Of a stretch of 50,636 bases of DNA, positions 32,931 through 43,049 are shown one piece after another (position 1 is the first letter of the stretch; each line of letters begins with the position of its first letter). The DNA is from a virus. The translations under genes were made by a program, and so were the position numbers. The notes beneath the pieces are model-generated. The model saw nothing but the letters and a program-made list of their open reading frames with translations, made no database searches and was not told the DNA's origin. The stretch covers positions 1 to 50,636 of the IMG/VR virus record IMGVR_UViG_3300047178_000166. One strand, written 5' to 3'.

Positions 32931-33311
32931 ATGGCACTCACCCCCGTCACTTCGCCCCTTTTCGAGGGCTGGCACACCGGCGGTTTCCTGATCACGGTCG
33001 GTCGCGGAAACATCAGCTTCGACCGCATGCAGCTCGCCGCTGGCCAGGCCCTTCCTGCCGGGTCGCTGCTCGGCCAGATCACGACCTCCGGGCTCGTGAC
33101 CGTGCTGAACCCCACCGCCACGGACGGCTCGGAGACTGCGATCGGCATACTCTACGCCGACACCGACGCGTCCGCCGCCAACACCTACTGCGCGGTCGTC
33201 ACGCGGCAGGCCGAGGTGAACGCCTCGGAAATCCAATACGGCACGCTGACCGCCCCGCAGATCGCGGCCGCGAAGACCCAGCTGGCCGTCCCCCAAGTCA
33301 TCTTCCGCTAA
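32931..33311 (+). CDS. Head decoration protein (gpD-like)
   Basis: 126 aa immediately upstream of the E-type capsid gene. AIGILYADTDASAANTYCAVVTRQAEVNASEIQY fits the pattern. Confidence 0.7.
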   Translation: MALTPVTSPLFEGWHTGGFLITVGRGNISFDRMQLAAGQALPAGSLLGQITTSGLVTVLNPTATDGSETAIGILYADTDASAANTYCAVVTRQAEVNASEIQYGTLTAPQIAAAKTQLAVPQVIFR

Positions 33312-33332
33312 GCGCGGTCAGGGAGAACACAC

Positions 33333-34364
33333 ATGGCCTCGCTTAACGTCTTCCAGCAGGATCTTTTCTCCACGGTTTCCCTGACGGAAGCCGTGGAGAA
33401 GGTCCCGTTCAACCCGATCGGTATCGGCTCGCTCGGCCTGTTCACGCCGCAGCCCATCCGCACGCAGAACCTCGCGGTCGAATCCCGCCAGGGCAAGCTC
33501 TACCTCGTGCCGTTCAGCGAGCGCGGCGAGGCTGGCAAGCAGAGGACCACGGAGAAGAGGCAGGGCTTCTTCTTCAAGGTGCCCCGCCTCATGACGAGCG
33601 ACACCATCCGCGCGTCGGAGCTGCAAGATATCCGTGCTTTCGGTAGCGAAACGGAACTGATGCAGATTGAGGCTGAGGTTTCCCGCAGGATTGCAGGACC
33701 CACCGGCCTGCTCGCGAACCTCGAGTACACCAAGGAGTTCCTGCGGTTGGCGGCCGTCCAGGGCTACGTGACCGACCCGGGCACGGGGCAGACCCTGTAT
33801 GACCTCTACGCGCAGTTCGGCCTGACCCGCCCGGCCGCGTTCTCCCTCGGGCTCGCGACCCCGGTGGCGAACACGCTGCGGACGGCGATCAACCAGAACA
33901 TCCTGCGGCCGATGGCCCGCGCGGCGCAGGGCGGCATGCCCCAGGGCACTCGCGTCGTCGGGCTCTGCGGCGACACGTTCTACGACGAACTCTGCTCGCA
34001 CCCGGACGTCATCCGGACCTTCGTGAACTGGAGCGACGCGCGCGAGCTGCGTGCGGACGTCGGCGGCGCGTTCTCTACCTTCCCCTTCGGCGGGGTCGAC
34101 TGGGTCAACTACAGGGGCTCGGACGACAACGCGACCATCAAGATCCCGAACAACAGCTGTGCCCTGTTCCCGAACGCGCCCGCGCTCTTCAGCGTGGCCT
34201 ACGCGCCGGGCGAGAGCATGGAATGGGTCAACACCCTGGGCAAGGAGCAGTATATCCTCCCCATCCCGGACCGTGACCGCAACATGTTCTGGACCATGGA
34301 AGCATATAGCTACCCCATGTTCTACTGCCTGCGGCCGGAAGTGCTCTACAGCGCGACCGTCTAG
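33333..34364 (+). CDS. Major capsid protein, lambda E family
   Basis: 343 aa. The N-terminus MASLNVFQQDLFSTVSLTEAVEKVPFNP and the overall length fit E-type capsid proteins. Confidence 0.85.
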   Translation: MASLNVFQQDLFSTVSLTEAVEKVPFNPIGIGSLGLFTPQPIRTQNLAVESRQGKLYLVPFSERGEAGKQRTTEKRQGFFFKVPRLMTSDTIRASELQDIRAFGSETELMQIEAEVSRRIAGPTGLLANLEYTKEFLRLAAVQGYVTDPGTGQTLYDLYAQFGLTRPAAFSLGLATPVANTLRTAINQNILRPMARAAQGGMPQGTRVVGLCGDTFYDELCSHPDVIRTFVNWSDARELRADVGGAFSTFPFGGVDWVNYRGSDDNATIKIPNNSCALFPNAPALFSVAYAPGESMEWVNTLGKEQYILPIPDRDRNMFWTMEAYSYPMFYCLRPEVLYSATV

Positions 34365-34370
34365 TCTTTC

Positions 34371-34392
34371 GGCGGGGGCTTATGCCCCCGCC
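34371..34392 (+). terminator. Hairpin after the capsid gene
   Basis: GGCGGGGGC-TTAT-GCCCCCGCC followed by TATACTT. Confidence 0.6.
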
Positions 34393-34415
34393 TATACTTG
34401 CAGGAGGCGCACCCG

Positions 34416-34733
34416 GTGCAGGTCAACTTCGACGCGGCCCTGGCAGCGGCGATGCGGGCCTTCGGCGTTCCGGTCGTCTATTCCCCCAGGGGCGGCACCG
34501 CCTTCGACACGGTGGGCGCGTTCAACGCGGCCTACGCGGACGTCGACTTTTCCTCCGGCGTGCCGGTGGCTTCCTCGAAACCGATGCTCGGCATCCGGGC
34601 CAGCCAAGTCCCGGCGGGCGTCGTCTGCGGGCAGGGAGATCGCGTGAACGTGGCATCGGCCGACTGGCTCGTCGTGAACGTGGAACCGGACGGGCGCGGG
34701 CACCTTCGCTGCATCCTGAAGGCCCTGACGTGA
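34416..34733 (+). CDS. Head-tail connector/head completion protein (FII or Gifsy-2-type, weak)
   Basis: GTG at 34416 with GGAGG 7 nt upstream. It is the first gene after the capsid gene, and its size of about 105 aa fits. Confidence 0.5.
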   Translation: MQVNFDAALAAAMRAFGVPVVYSPRGGTAFDTVGAFNAAYADVDFSSGVPVASSKPMLGIRASQVPAGVVCGQGDRVNVASADWLVVNVEPDGRGHLRCILKALT

Positions 34734-35314
34734 GCTACACAATGGGCCCCGACGCCGCTTCGCTGGCACCCGAGCCGACCGCCCGTTCGGAGGTCCGCGA
34801 CCTCGTGGCCGAAATCGTGGCCGAGGCCGTGCGGCCCCTGGGGGCGCAGGTCTTCAAGGCGCGCAGCTGGCCCCTGACCCTGCCGACGCTCCCCGCCGTG
34901 CTCGTGTACGGCTGGGACGAGCAGAAGACGTCCGCGTCGGCGTCGAGCACGCACACCCGCTTCGCCGTGTCGCTCCAGATGGTCGTGCAGGCCGCCGTGT
35001 CCGGGATCGACGCGGTCGCGGTCGAGGCCGACGCCGAGGCGTTCGCCGGGGCCATCGTATCCAGCGTCCTGACCGCGCCCGGGCTGCTCGGCTGGAACGG
35101 TGCCATCGAGCGCGTGAGCGGCGTCAAGACGACCATCGAGATCCCCAAGCAGGTCGACGCGGGCAAGGAATCCGTGGGCGAGGTCAGCGTGACCTTCACC
35201 TGCGAGTGGGCCGAAACCTACGACGTCGCGCCGCCCGAGGACGGCGCGTGCACCGACTGCGAGCAGACGACCTTCTCTGTTGGCGTGCCGCTCAGCGCGC
35301 CTCTGGTGCCCTAA
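34730..35314 (+). CDS. Head-tail adaptor or tail terminator-like protein
   Basis: GTGA overlap start. It lies between the connector and sheath genes. Confidence 0.45.
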   Translation: MSYTMGPDAASLAPEPTARSEVRDLVAEIVAEAVRPLGAQVFKARSWPLTLPTLPAVLVYGWDEQKTSASASSTHTRFAVSLQMVVQAAVSGIDAVAVEADAEAFAGAIVSSVLTAPGLLGWNGAIERVSGVKTTIEIPKQVDAGKESVGEVSVTFTCEWAETYDVAPPEDGACTDCEQTTFSVGVPLSAPLVP

Positions 35315-35326
35315 GGAGAACCGTCC

Positions 35327-35518
35327 GTGCGCCCTTCGAACGAGACCTTTGAGCTGGAGCCACGGGCGGGAATGTTAGTCCGCGACCCGGACCTGCGGGA
35401 TTTCCTTCCCGTCGGGGGTCGGACGGTCCCGGCGTCTCTCTACTGGCGGCGGCGTCTGTTCGACGGCGACGTGACACACAAGACCGCACCCGCGGCGTCC
35501 GAAGGAGCAAGTGAATGA
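35327..35518 (+). CDS. Small conserved protein preceding the sheath gene in Mu-like tail modules (DUF2635-like, from memory)
   Basis: AAGGAG lies upstream of the GTG. The SLYWRRRLFDGDV motif is present. Confidence 0.55.
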   Translation: MRPSNETFELEPRAGMLVRDPDLRDFLPVGGRTVPASLYWRRRLFDGDVTHKTAPAASEGASE

Positions 35519-37014
35519 GCGGCTCGATCAACAACACCGCGGGCGCGGTTGCCTTCCAGAGCATCCCGAACAACTTGCGTATTCCCCTGTTCTTCGCCGA
35601 GGTGAACAACAGCCAGGCGAACTCCGCGCCACAGACGCAGCGCGCCCTGCTGGTCGGCCAGATCACCGCGTCCGCGAGCGTGCCCCCCGGCGTGCCGGTG
35701 CTGATCTCGGGCAACGGCTACGGCATGTTCGGTAAGGGCTCCATGCTCGCGAGCATGGTCGCCTGGTATCGCAAGCGCGACGGCTTCGGTGAGGTGTGGG
35801 CCCTGCCGCTGGCAGACCCGAGCGGCGGCGTCGCCGCTTCCGGCACCGTAACCATCAACGCGCCCGCTACGGCCGCTGGCACCCTGTCCCTGTACGTCTC
35901 CGGGCACCTCTGCGCGATACCCGTGCAGCCGACACAGACCCCGACACAGGTCGCAACCGCGCTCGCGGCCGTTATCAACACCAATCCCAAGGTGCAGGTC
36001 ACCGCTGCCGCAGCCGCAGGCGTGGTCACGGTGACCGCGAACCATAAGGGCGCAACCGGTAACAGCATCGACCTACGCCTGAACTACCTGGGCGTGCCCG
36101 GCGGTGAAGCAGTCCCGGCAGGTCTGGTCGTGAACATCGCTGGCATGGCTGGCGGCACGGGCGTCCCCGACGTCGTGGACGCGCTCGCGGTCATCGGCAC
36201 GATGGGCTTCGACTTCCTCGCGGTGCCCTACACCGACACGGGCTCCCTCCAGGCGGTCACCTCTTTCCTCGCCGACCGCTGGTCGTGGGACAAGATGCTC
36301 TACGGCGGCGCGTTCACCGCCTACCAGGGCACCGTCGCCGCGCTCGCGACGTTCGGCAACGGCCTCAACGACCCGCACCTGACGGTGATGGGCTACAACG
36401 GCTCGCCCTCGGCTCCGTGGGCCTGGGCCGCGAACTACTGCGGCGCGAGCGCGGTCGGCCTTCGTGCCGACCCCGGCCTGCCCCTCCAGACCCTCCAGCT
36501 GGACGTCCTGGCTCCCCCGGCCGCGCAGCAGTTCGTGCCGGGCGACCGGAACACCCTGCTTTGGGACGGCATCAGCACCTTCACGGTCGGACCGGACGGA
36601 AGCTGCGCCATCGAGCAGGCGATCACCACGTACCAGACGGACGCCTACGGCGACCCGGACAACAGCTACCTGTACGTCGAGCGGCTCTACACCATCGCGG
36701 CCTGCATCCGCTACCTGCGCTCCAAGGTGCAGAGCACGTTCGGCAGGGTGAAGCTCGCGGACTCCGGAACCAACGTGACGCCGGGCTCCGGCATCGTGAC
36801 CACGGACACGATCCGCAGCGCGATCATCGCCTGGTACGGAGAGCTGGTCAGCCAAGGCCTGGCGCAGGAGGCAGCGACATTCGCCGCGAACCTGGTCGTG
36901 GTCCGCAACGGGCAGAACAGGTGCAGGGTCGACGGCATGTTCCCGATCGTCCCCATCGACGCCCTGCGGCAGCTCTGCGCCCTCGTCGAGTTCCAGAACT
37001 CGACGGGTAACTAA
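35515..37014 (+). CDS. Contractile tail sheath protein (Mu gpL-like)
   Basis: 499 aa. IPNNLRIPLFFAEVNNSQA and the gene order support the call. Confidence 0.85.
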   Translation: MSGSINNTAGAVAFQSIPNNLRIPLFFAEVNNSQANSAPQTQRALLVGQITASASVPPGVPVLISGNGYGMFGKGSMLASMVAWYRKRDGFGEVWALPLADPSGGVAASGTVTINAPATAAGTLSLYVSGHLCAIPVQPTQTPTQVATALAAVINTNPKVQVTAAAAAGVVTVTANHKGATGNSIDLRLNYLGVPGGEAVPAGLVVNIAGMAGGTGVPDVVDALAVIGTMGFDFLAVPYTDTGSLQAVTSFLADRWSWDKMLYGGAFTAYQGTVAALATFGNGLNDPHLTVMGYNGSPSAPWAWAANYCGASAVGLRADPGLPLQTLQLDVLAPPAAQQFVPGDRNTLLWDGISTFTVGPDGSCAIEQAITTYQTDAYGDPDNSYLYVERLYTIAACIRYLRSKVQSTFGRVKLADSGTNVTPGSGIVTTDTIRSAIIAWYGELVSQGLAQEAATFAANLVVVRNGQNRCRVDGMFPIVPIDALRQLCALVEFQNSTGN

Positions 37015-37037
37015 AGAAAACCGGAAGGAGAACGGCC

Positions 37038-37424
37038 GTGGCCGCAAACAACAGCCGACGCCTTGCTGGTGTAACGCAGTTCATGATCGACGGGGCCGCC
37101 TACAACGTGGCCGACGAGGTTACCTGGACGCCGGGCGCGCCCGTCCGCGAGTCCCTCAAGGGGCTCTCGGGCATCCCGGGCTACTCAGAGGTGCCGAACC
37201 CAGGCAAGATCACCGCGAAGATCTTCGACGCCTTCGACCTGAGCATCAACACGCTCGCCGCGCTGACGGACTCGACCGTGCAGGTCTTGGCCGCGAACGG
37301 GAAGAACGTGACGGGCAGCGGCATGTGGGTCACCGAGGCCCTGGCGGTATCGGGCAAGGAGGGTAGCTTCGAGATCACGTTCGAGGGCCCGAACGTGTCC
37401 GACGCCGGATACGCGGCCGCGTAA
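37038..37424 (+). CDS. Tail tube protein (Mu gpM-like)
   Basis: 128 aa, directly after the sheath gene. Confidence 0.75.
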   Translation: MAANNSRRLAGVTQFMIDGAAYNVADEVTWTPGAPVRESLKGLSGIPGYSEVPNPGKITAKIFDAFDLSINTLAALTDSTVQVLAANGKNVTGSGMWVTEALAVSGKEGSFEITFEGPNVSDAGYAAA

Positions 37425-37439
37425 GAAAGGAAAGCGCAC

Positions 37440-37751
37440 GTGAGCGAAGAGAACGAAGCGACCGAGCTGACCATCGAGCTCGCCGAGCCCATTAACCTGA
37501 ACGGCGGCAGCTGGTCGGAGATCACGGTCAGGGAGCCGACTGCCCTCCAGGTGAAGCAGGCCGAGACGCTGCTGAAGGGCGCGAACCCGAGCCCCGAGCA
37601 GGGCCGCGCGTACCAGATCATGCTCGTCAGCCTCGTATCCGGCGCGCCGCGCGGCGTCATCGAGAGCCTGCCGATTTCCAAGTTCAACCGGGCGTTCGAC
37701 TTCATCGTCGCCTTCGTGCTGGGGACCAACGAAAACCCTTTGGGAAAGTAG
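37440..37751 (+). CDS. Tail assembly chaperone (short form)
   Basis: 103 aa between the tube and tape measure genes. It ends just after a GGGAAAG slippery heptamer. Confidence 0.75.
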   Translation: MSEENEATELTIELAEPINLNGGSWSEITVREPTALQVKQAETLLKGANPSPEQGRAYQIMLVSLVSGAPRGVIESLPISKFNRAFDFIVAFVLGTNENPLGK

Positions 37752-37915
37752 CCAGCCCCGGCTGGCCGCAGAACTGGAAGGAGCTGCCAGCGCAGCTCAG
37801 CAAGTTCTACGGGTGGGGGCCGAAGGAGTCGTGGGAGCTGACCGGAGGCGAGCTCGGGGAGTGGGTCGAGGCGGCGAACAGGATGATCGAAGCGGGTAGC
37901 CGGAGGGAGGGCTGA
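37440..37915 (+). CDS. Tail assembly chaperone, -1 frameshifted long form
   Basis: The -1 frame after 37748 encodes VASPGWPQNWKELPAQLSKFYGWGPKESWELTGGELGEWVEAANRMIEAGSRREG, which looks protein-like. It stops 1 nt before the tape measure ATG. Confidence 0.65.
37742..37748 (+). promoter_or_regulatory. Programmed -1 frameshift slippery site G_GGA_AAG
   Basis: The heptamer is in the correct zero-frame phase 1 nt before TAG. The -1 frame stays open to TGA at 37913-37915. Confidence 0.75.
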
Positions 37916-37916
37916 A

Positions 37917-39899
37917 ATGGCGAGCGCAGCCCAAGTCTTCAACGTCGCGATCACCGCTACCGACAAGGCGACCGCCAAGATCCAGGCGGTAAACAAGAAG
38001 ATCCAGCAGGCGACGAAGCCCGCCAGGGACCTTGGCGCGAGCCTGAAGAAGTTCGCGGACGTCTCGGGCATCACGAAGGTCGGCATGGCCTTCGAGAAGG
38101 TGCGCGGAAGCGCGAACAAGGTCGCTTCCTCCATCGCGGGCGTGGCCAGCGCGCTCGGCATCGTCACGGCATCCGCGACCGTCGCGGGCGTGGCGAAGGT
38201 GGTGGGCGCGTGGGCCAACTTCGGGACCTCGCTGAAGAACCAGGCCGCGCGGGCCAAGATGTCAGCCTCTGCGCTCTACGACCTCCAGAACGCCGTCGCG
38301 CTGCTCGGCGGCGACCGGGGAGCCGTATCCGGGGGCATGGCGACCCTCGAGGACAACCTGAAGAACATCGGGTCAGGCCGGGGCGCGCCAGAGGCCGTGG
38401 CCGCCTTGAACACGCTCAGGCTATCGTGGCGGAACCTCGACGGCTCGACCAAGACGGCCGCTCAGATACTGCCCGAGATTTCGGACAAGCTCGCCGGGAT
38501 ACAGGACCCGACCTACCAGGCATACCTCGGCTCCGTGCTGCTCGGGGGGTCTTACGACGCCCTGGCACCGGCCCTGAACAACGGCTCCGACGCGCTGAGG
38601 GAGGCGGGCGACGAGGCCCGCAAGCACTCGCGCTACAGCGACGCGGCGGCGAAGGCTGCGGACGACTTCCGGCGCAAGATCGAGGCCGTGCGGCAGTCCG
38701 CGACGCAGGTCGGGAACTCGCTGGGCGAGCACCTGCAGCCCGTCCTGAGCCAGCTGCTCGGGGACCTGTCCCGGTGGGTGGACGGTCACGGGCCGGAGGT
38801 GGACGCCTTCTTCAAGGGCATCGCGACGTCGGTCGAGGGCGTCGACTGGACGGCGGTCGGCGCGGGCGTCGGCAGCGTAGCGAGCGCGTTCGGCAGCGTC
38901 GTCACGGCGGTCGGCGGGTGGGACGTGGCCCTGAAAGGCGTGCTCGGCCTGATGGCCCTGCGCTGGGTGGTTGGCGTGCTCGGCCCCGTGGGGCAGCTCG
39001 TCAGCCTGCTCTCGACCTGCTCGGGCGTGATGACGAAGATCGCCCTCGCCGCGCCGGAGATGACGGCCGTGGCCTTGGCGATCGCGGGCATCGCCTACGA
39101 GCTCTACAAGTGCAAGGAGAGCTACGACGCCTGGCAGGAGACGCGGAAGGCCGACCACGACCTGAAGCTGGCCACGGGCCCGAACCCCTACAAGGGGAAC
39201 AACATGCAGATCCTCGGCGAGAAGGGTCAGCTGCCCGACAACCTCCAGGCTGCATGGGACGCGGCGCACCCTAAGCCGACCGCGCCGAACTCGCGCAGGG
39301 GCGGGAACGTCGACCTGGCGAACGCCGAGAATGGTCAGTGGCACAACAACAACCCCACCAACCTGGAATACCGCCAGGACCAGCCCGGGGTCATCGGGCG
39401 AAACGGCCGGTGGGGTGTCTATGGCACGCCGGAGGCAGGCATCGCCGCCGGGCTGCACCAAATGATCCTCGACCAGCGGCGCGGCTACGACTCCGTGAGC
39501 AAGGAAATCACCCGCCGCAGCCCGCCGTCCGAGAACCCCACGGCCGAGATGATCAAGACGATCAGCGGACACGCGGGGATGAACCCGGACGCGAAATACG
39601 ACCTGACCGACCCGGCGCAGGCGAAGCGTTTCCTGCTGGCCGACATAGCCCGCGAGGGCAAGGCGGTCACCCCGGAGATGGTCGACCGCGCGATCAACAT
39701 CGCGCGTGCCAACGGCGATCCCATCGGGGTCGGCGGCGGCACCGGGGCGACGGCGGGCGGCGCGCCGGGCGGACACGTGCAGGTGGACGTCACGCACACG
39801 AACCCGCCGCCGGGCACGACCGCGACGGTCAGCAGCAGCGGCAAGGGCATCAGCACCGGCCCGCTGGTGGTCAAGAGCATGGCGGGGGCGGGCGCATGA
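37917..39899 (+). CDS. Tail tape measure protein with conserved C-terminal globular domain
   Basis: 660 aa. Ala/Gly-rich helical and hydrophobic central segments are present. Position supports the call. Confidence 0.8.
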   Translation: MASAAQVFNVAITATDKATAKIQAVNKKIQQATKPARDLGASLKKFADVSGITKVGMAFEKVRGSANKVASSIAGVASALGIVTASATVAGVAKVVGAWANFGTSLKNQAARAKMSASALYDLQNAVALLGGDRGAVSGGMATLEDNLKNIGSGRGAPEAVAALNTLRLSWRNLDGSTKTAAQILPEISDKLAGIQDPTYQAYLGSVLLGGSYDALAPALNNGSDALREAGDEARKHSRYSDAAAKAADDFRRKIEAVRQSATQVGNSLGEHLQPVLSQLLGDLSRWVDGHGPEVDAFFKGIATSVEGVDWTAVGAGVGSVASAFGSVVTAVGGWDVALKGVLGLMALRWVVGVLGPVGQLVSLLSTCSGVMTKIALAAPEMTAVALAIAGIAYELYKCKESYDAWQETRKADHDLKLATGPNPYKGNNMQILGEKGQLPDNLQAAWDAAHPKPTAPNSRRGGNVDLANAENGQWHNNNPTNLEYRQDQPGVIGRNGRWGVYGTPEAGIAAGLHQMILDQRRGYDSVSKEITRRSPPSENPTAEMIKTISGHAGMNPDAKYDLTDPAQAKRFLLADIAREGKAVTPEMVDRAINIARANGDPIGVGGGTGATAGGAPGGHVQVDVTHTNPPPGTTATVSSSGKGISTGPLVVKSMAGAGA

Positions 39900-41365
39900 G
39901 CGAGACTTCGACACTCGGCACCTGGGCCGACAACCTCCAGCCCGCGAGCTGGAGGGGCATCCCCTTCGAGGTAACCGCGACGACGATCCGGCGCGGGCGC
40001 AGGACCGCGGTGCACGACTACCCCTACCGAGACCTCGTGTTCGTCGAGGACATGGGCCGGGCCCGCCGGGAGATCGAGTTCACCGGCTTCCTGGTGGGCG
40101 ACGACGTGCTCGACCAGCAGCAGCGGATGCTCGACGCGTGCGAGCAGGCCGGAGCGGGCACGCTCGTTCACCCCGCGCTCGGGTCCCTGACGGTCGCCCT
40201 GGTAGCCCCCGTCGAGGCCGCAGAGCGCGCCGAGATGGGCCGGGTGATCGAGCTCTCGTTTTCCTTCGTCGAGACGGCGGACTCGACCGCCGCGCGCTCC
40301 CCCGTGTCCGCCGTGGACACGCAGGGCCAGGCGTCGGGAATGGCCACGGCCGCGCGGGACGACGTGGCGGGCGACTTCACGGACGACATGGGGACGACGC
40401 TGGAGGACGGTCCGGACGTCGTCGACGCGGTCTGCGGGCAGATCACCCAGGCCGGGGCGTTCGTGTCCGGGCTGCTCGCGGATCCGGCAAACGCGCTGCT
40501 GTCAGTATCCGGGGACCTCGGCTCGGTGCTCGGCTCGGTGCAGGCCGCCGTGGGCTCCGTCTATGGGGCCGTGTCCGGTGCCGTGGGCTCCGTGCTCGGC
40601 GCGGTGGGCTCCGTCGTCAGCTTCGGCCGATTCGCTTTCCTGGACGCGACCTCGCTCGTCTCGACGGTGCTCTCGGCAGGTGCAGGGATATTCGGCGGCG
40701 ACGGCGGGCCCGTGGCCGCCGCCTTCCTGTCCCTGGCCGCGACGAACCGGGCTGCGGCACAGGCCGCGTTCGCGAACGCCTTCGCCACGGCGCAGGGCGG
40801 CGGCGCGACCGGGACGGCGACCGCAATTCAGTCCGCCGTCACCGCGTTCGCGGCGTGCTGGCCGCCCGCCCCGGATCTCGTGCGGGTCACGGGGCAGTTC
40901 CTGGCCGCCGTCCCGGTGCCCGTCCCGCCCGCCACGGTAGGCGGGCTCGGCATCCCCCGGCTTGCCGCCGCGACCGCGACCGCAGCCCTGTTCCGTCGCA
41001 CGGCGTGCCTGGCGTGCGTGTCGGCGGCGGCGTCCTACGCCCCCACGAGCTACGACGACGCCGCCGCGCTCAGGTCGGCGATAACGGCCCTGCTGGACGC
41101 CGAGATCACGGTGGCGGGCGACGCGGGCGACGACCGCTCGTATGCCGCCCTGCGGGCCGTCCGCGCCGCCTGCGTGTCCGACCTGACGCGCCGGGGCGCG
41201 TCGCTCGCCCGGATGACGACGGTGACCCGCGCGCAGCCGCTGCCGAGCCTCGTGCTCGCCTGGCAGCTCTACGCCGACGCGACCCGTGCCGACGAGCTGC
41301 TCGCCGAGGCTGGCCCGGCCAATCCCGTCTTCATGCCGCTCTCGTTTGAGGCCTTGTCCCAATGA
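39896..41365 (+). CDS. Mu gpN-like DNA circularisation protein
   Basis: The N-terminus WADNLQPASWRGIPFEVTATTIRRGRRTAVHDYPYRD is characteristic. Confidence 0.8.
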   Translation: MSETSTLGTWADNLQPASWRGIPFEVTATTIRRGRRTAVHDYPYRDLVFVEDMGRARREIEFTGFLVGDDVLDQQQRMLDACEQAGAGTLVHPALGSLTVALVAPVEAAERAEMGRVIELSFSFVETADSTAARSPVSAVDTQGQASGMATAARDDVAGDFTDDMGTTLEDGPDVVDAVCGQITQAGAFVSGLLADPANALLSVSGDLGSVLGSVQAAVGSVYGAVSGAVGSVLGAVGSVVSFGRFAFLDATSLVSTVLSAGAGIFGGDGGPVAAAFLSLAATNRAAAQAAFANAFATAQGGGATGTATAIQSAVTAFAACWPPAPDLVRVTGQFLAAVPVPVPPATVGGLGIPRLAAATATAALFRRTACLACVSAAASYAPTSYDDAAALRSAITALLDAEITVAGDAGDDRSYAALRAVRAACVSDLTRRGASLARMTTVTRAQPLPSLVLAWQLYADATRADELLAEAGPANPVFMPLSFEALSQ

Positions 41366-42507
41366 CCGCACCCGCCCCCGACGAGCTGACCCTGATGGTG
41401 AACGGGCGCGCCTGGACCGGGTGGACGGGCGTGCGCCTGACGCGCGGCGTGGAACGGATGCCGAGCGACTTCGAGGTCGAGGTCACCGAGAAATATCCCT
41501 TGGACGCGGCCGCTATCGACATCTCGCCCGGCCAGACCTGCGCCGTGAAGCTGGGCGAGGACCTCGTGCTGACGGGCTACGTCGACCGCTACACGGCCGA
41601 GGTTTCCCCCGAGGAACACCGGATCACGATCAGCGGGCGCAGCAAGAGCGAGGACATGGTCGACTGCTCGGCCGAGCGGGTGACGGGGCAGTTTTCCTCG
41701 ACGACCCTCTCGCAGCTGGCGACCGACCTCGCGGCACCCTACGGGATCTCCGTGAAGGCCCTAGCGCAGTCCGACTTCGCCCTGAGCCAGTTCAACGTGA
41801 GCCTGACGGAGAGCGCGTGGGATATCCTGGAGCGGGTGTCCCGATACTCCGGCGTGGTCGTGTACGACGACACGGACGGCAGCATCATCATCGCGACCGT
41901 TGGCCAGACCAGCGCGGCCAGCGGCTTCGTGCAGGGGGAGAACGTGCAGAGCGGGTCCGTCGCCTTCACGATGGACCAGCGTTTCGCGACCTACATCGCG
42001 GTCCCGATGGCGGTGGACAACTTCAAGGGCATCAGCGCGGCCGGTGGCCTGGTGGCGAACGGCAAGAAGGCGACCGACCCCGACGTGCGGGCGGGGCGGC
42101 AGCTGGTCATCATCTCCGAGCAGGTCACCAGCTCGGACCCCAACTTCGCGCAGACGCGGGCGAATTGGGAGAAGGCGCGTCGCTACGGCAGGTCGAAGTC
42201 GATCAAGGTGGTCTGCGATAGCTGGCGGGATTCGGCGGGCAAGCTCTGGACCCCGAACACCCTGGCCCCCGTGCGGATGCCTGCCCTCAAGCTGCCGAGC
42301 GCGACGTGGCTGGTCAGCGAGGTCACCTACACGAAGTCCCTGTCGGGCGGGACAACTGCGGAAGTCGTGCTGATGCCGCCGCAGGCGTTCAGCCCCGAGC
42401 CCATCAACTTCTACGACTTCAACTCGGCGATCGCGAACTCGGCACCCGCCCCGCCTGCGGCCGGGCCGCAGTCGCCTCCCGCCCCGAGCGCGGGAGGCAA
42501 GCCGTGA
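41362..42507 (+). CDS. Mu gpP-like tail/baseplate hub protein
   Basis: LTLMVNGRAWTGWTGVRLTRGVERMPSDFEVEV is characteristic. Confidence 0.8.
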   Translation: MTAPAPDELTLMVNGRAWTGWTGVRLTRGVERMPSDFEVEVTEKYPLDAAAIDISPGQTCAVKLGEDLVLTGYVDRYTAEVSPEEHRITISGRSKSEDMVDCSAERVTGQFSSTTLSQLATDLAAPYGISVKALAQSDFALSQFNVSLTESAWDILERVSRYSGVVVYDDTDGSIIIATVGQTSAASGFVQGENVQSGSVAFTMDQRFATYIAVPMAVDNFKGISAAGGLVANGKKATDPDVRAGRQLVIISEQVTSSDPNFAQTRANWEKARRYGRSKSIKVVCDSWRDSAGKLWTPNTLAPVRMPALKLPSATWLVSEVTYTKSLSGGTTAEVVLMPPQAFSPEPINFYDFNSAIANSAPAPPAAGPQSPPAPSAGGKP

Positions 42508-43046
42508 TCCGGGAGGTCATGCGCCGGGTGTCCCTGCTGCTCTCGCACGGCACCGTGGGCCCGGTCACCGAGGCCGCGAACGTGCGGACGCTCCAGGCGA
42601 CGCTGAACGGCCTCGAGACGGTCGACGGACTGCCGGTCATCTCGCACTTCGGATTCGGGAGCTCCCCGCTGCCCGGTGCCGACGCGCTCGTCCTTTTCCT
42701 TGGCGGCGACCGCTCCAAGGGGGTCTGCGTCGGCACGGCCGACCAGCGGTACCACGTCGAGCTTCTCGCGGGCGAGGTGGTGGTGCACGACGGGCGTGGG
42801 CAGTCCGTGCGCCTGTCGCAGACCGGGATCGTCGTGAACGGCGGCGGGTTGCCGCTGAAGATAACGAACACCCCGCAGGTCCGGATGGAGACGGCCTTGC
42901 TCGAGGTGACGGGGGACGTGAAGGACAACTGCGACGGCTCCGGCGAGACGATGGCGGCACAGAGGGGCGTGTACGACGGACACGTGCACCCCGGCGTGCA
43001 GACAGGGGACGGCAGCACGCAGCCGCCCCAGCAGCAGGAGAAGTAG
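42504..43046 (+). CDS. Baseplate spike/assembly protein V (Mu gp45-like)
   Basis: The C-terminal YDGHVHPGVQTGDGSTQPP motif is present. Confidence 0.75.
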   Translation: MIREVMRRVSLLLSHGTVGPVTEAANVRTLQATLNGLETVDGLPVISHFGFGSSPLPGADALVLFLGGDRSKGVCVGTADQRYHVELLAGEVVVHDGRGQSVRLSQTGIVVNGGGLPLKITNTPQVRMETALLEVTGDVKDNCDGSGETMAAQRGVYDGHVHPGVQTGDGSTQPPQQQEK

Positions 43047-43049
43047 TCC

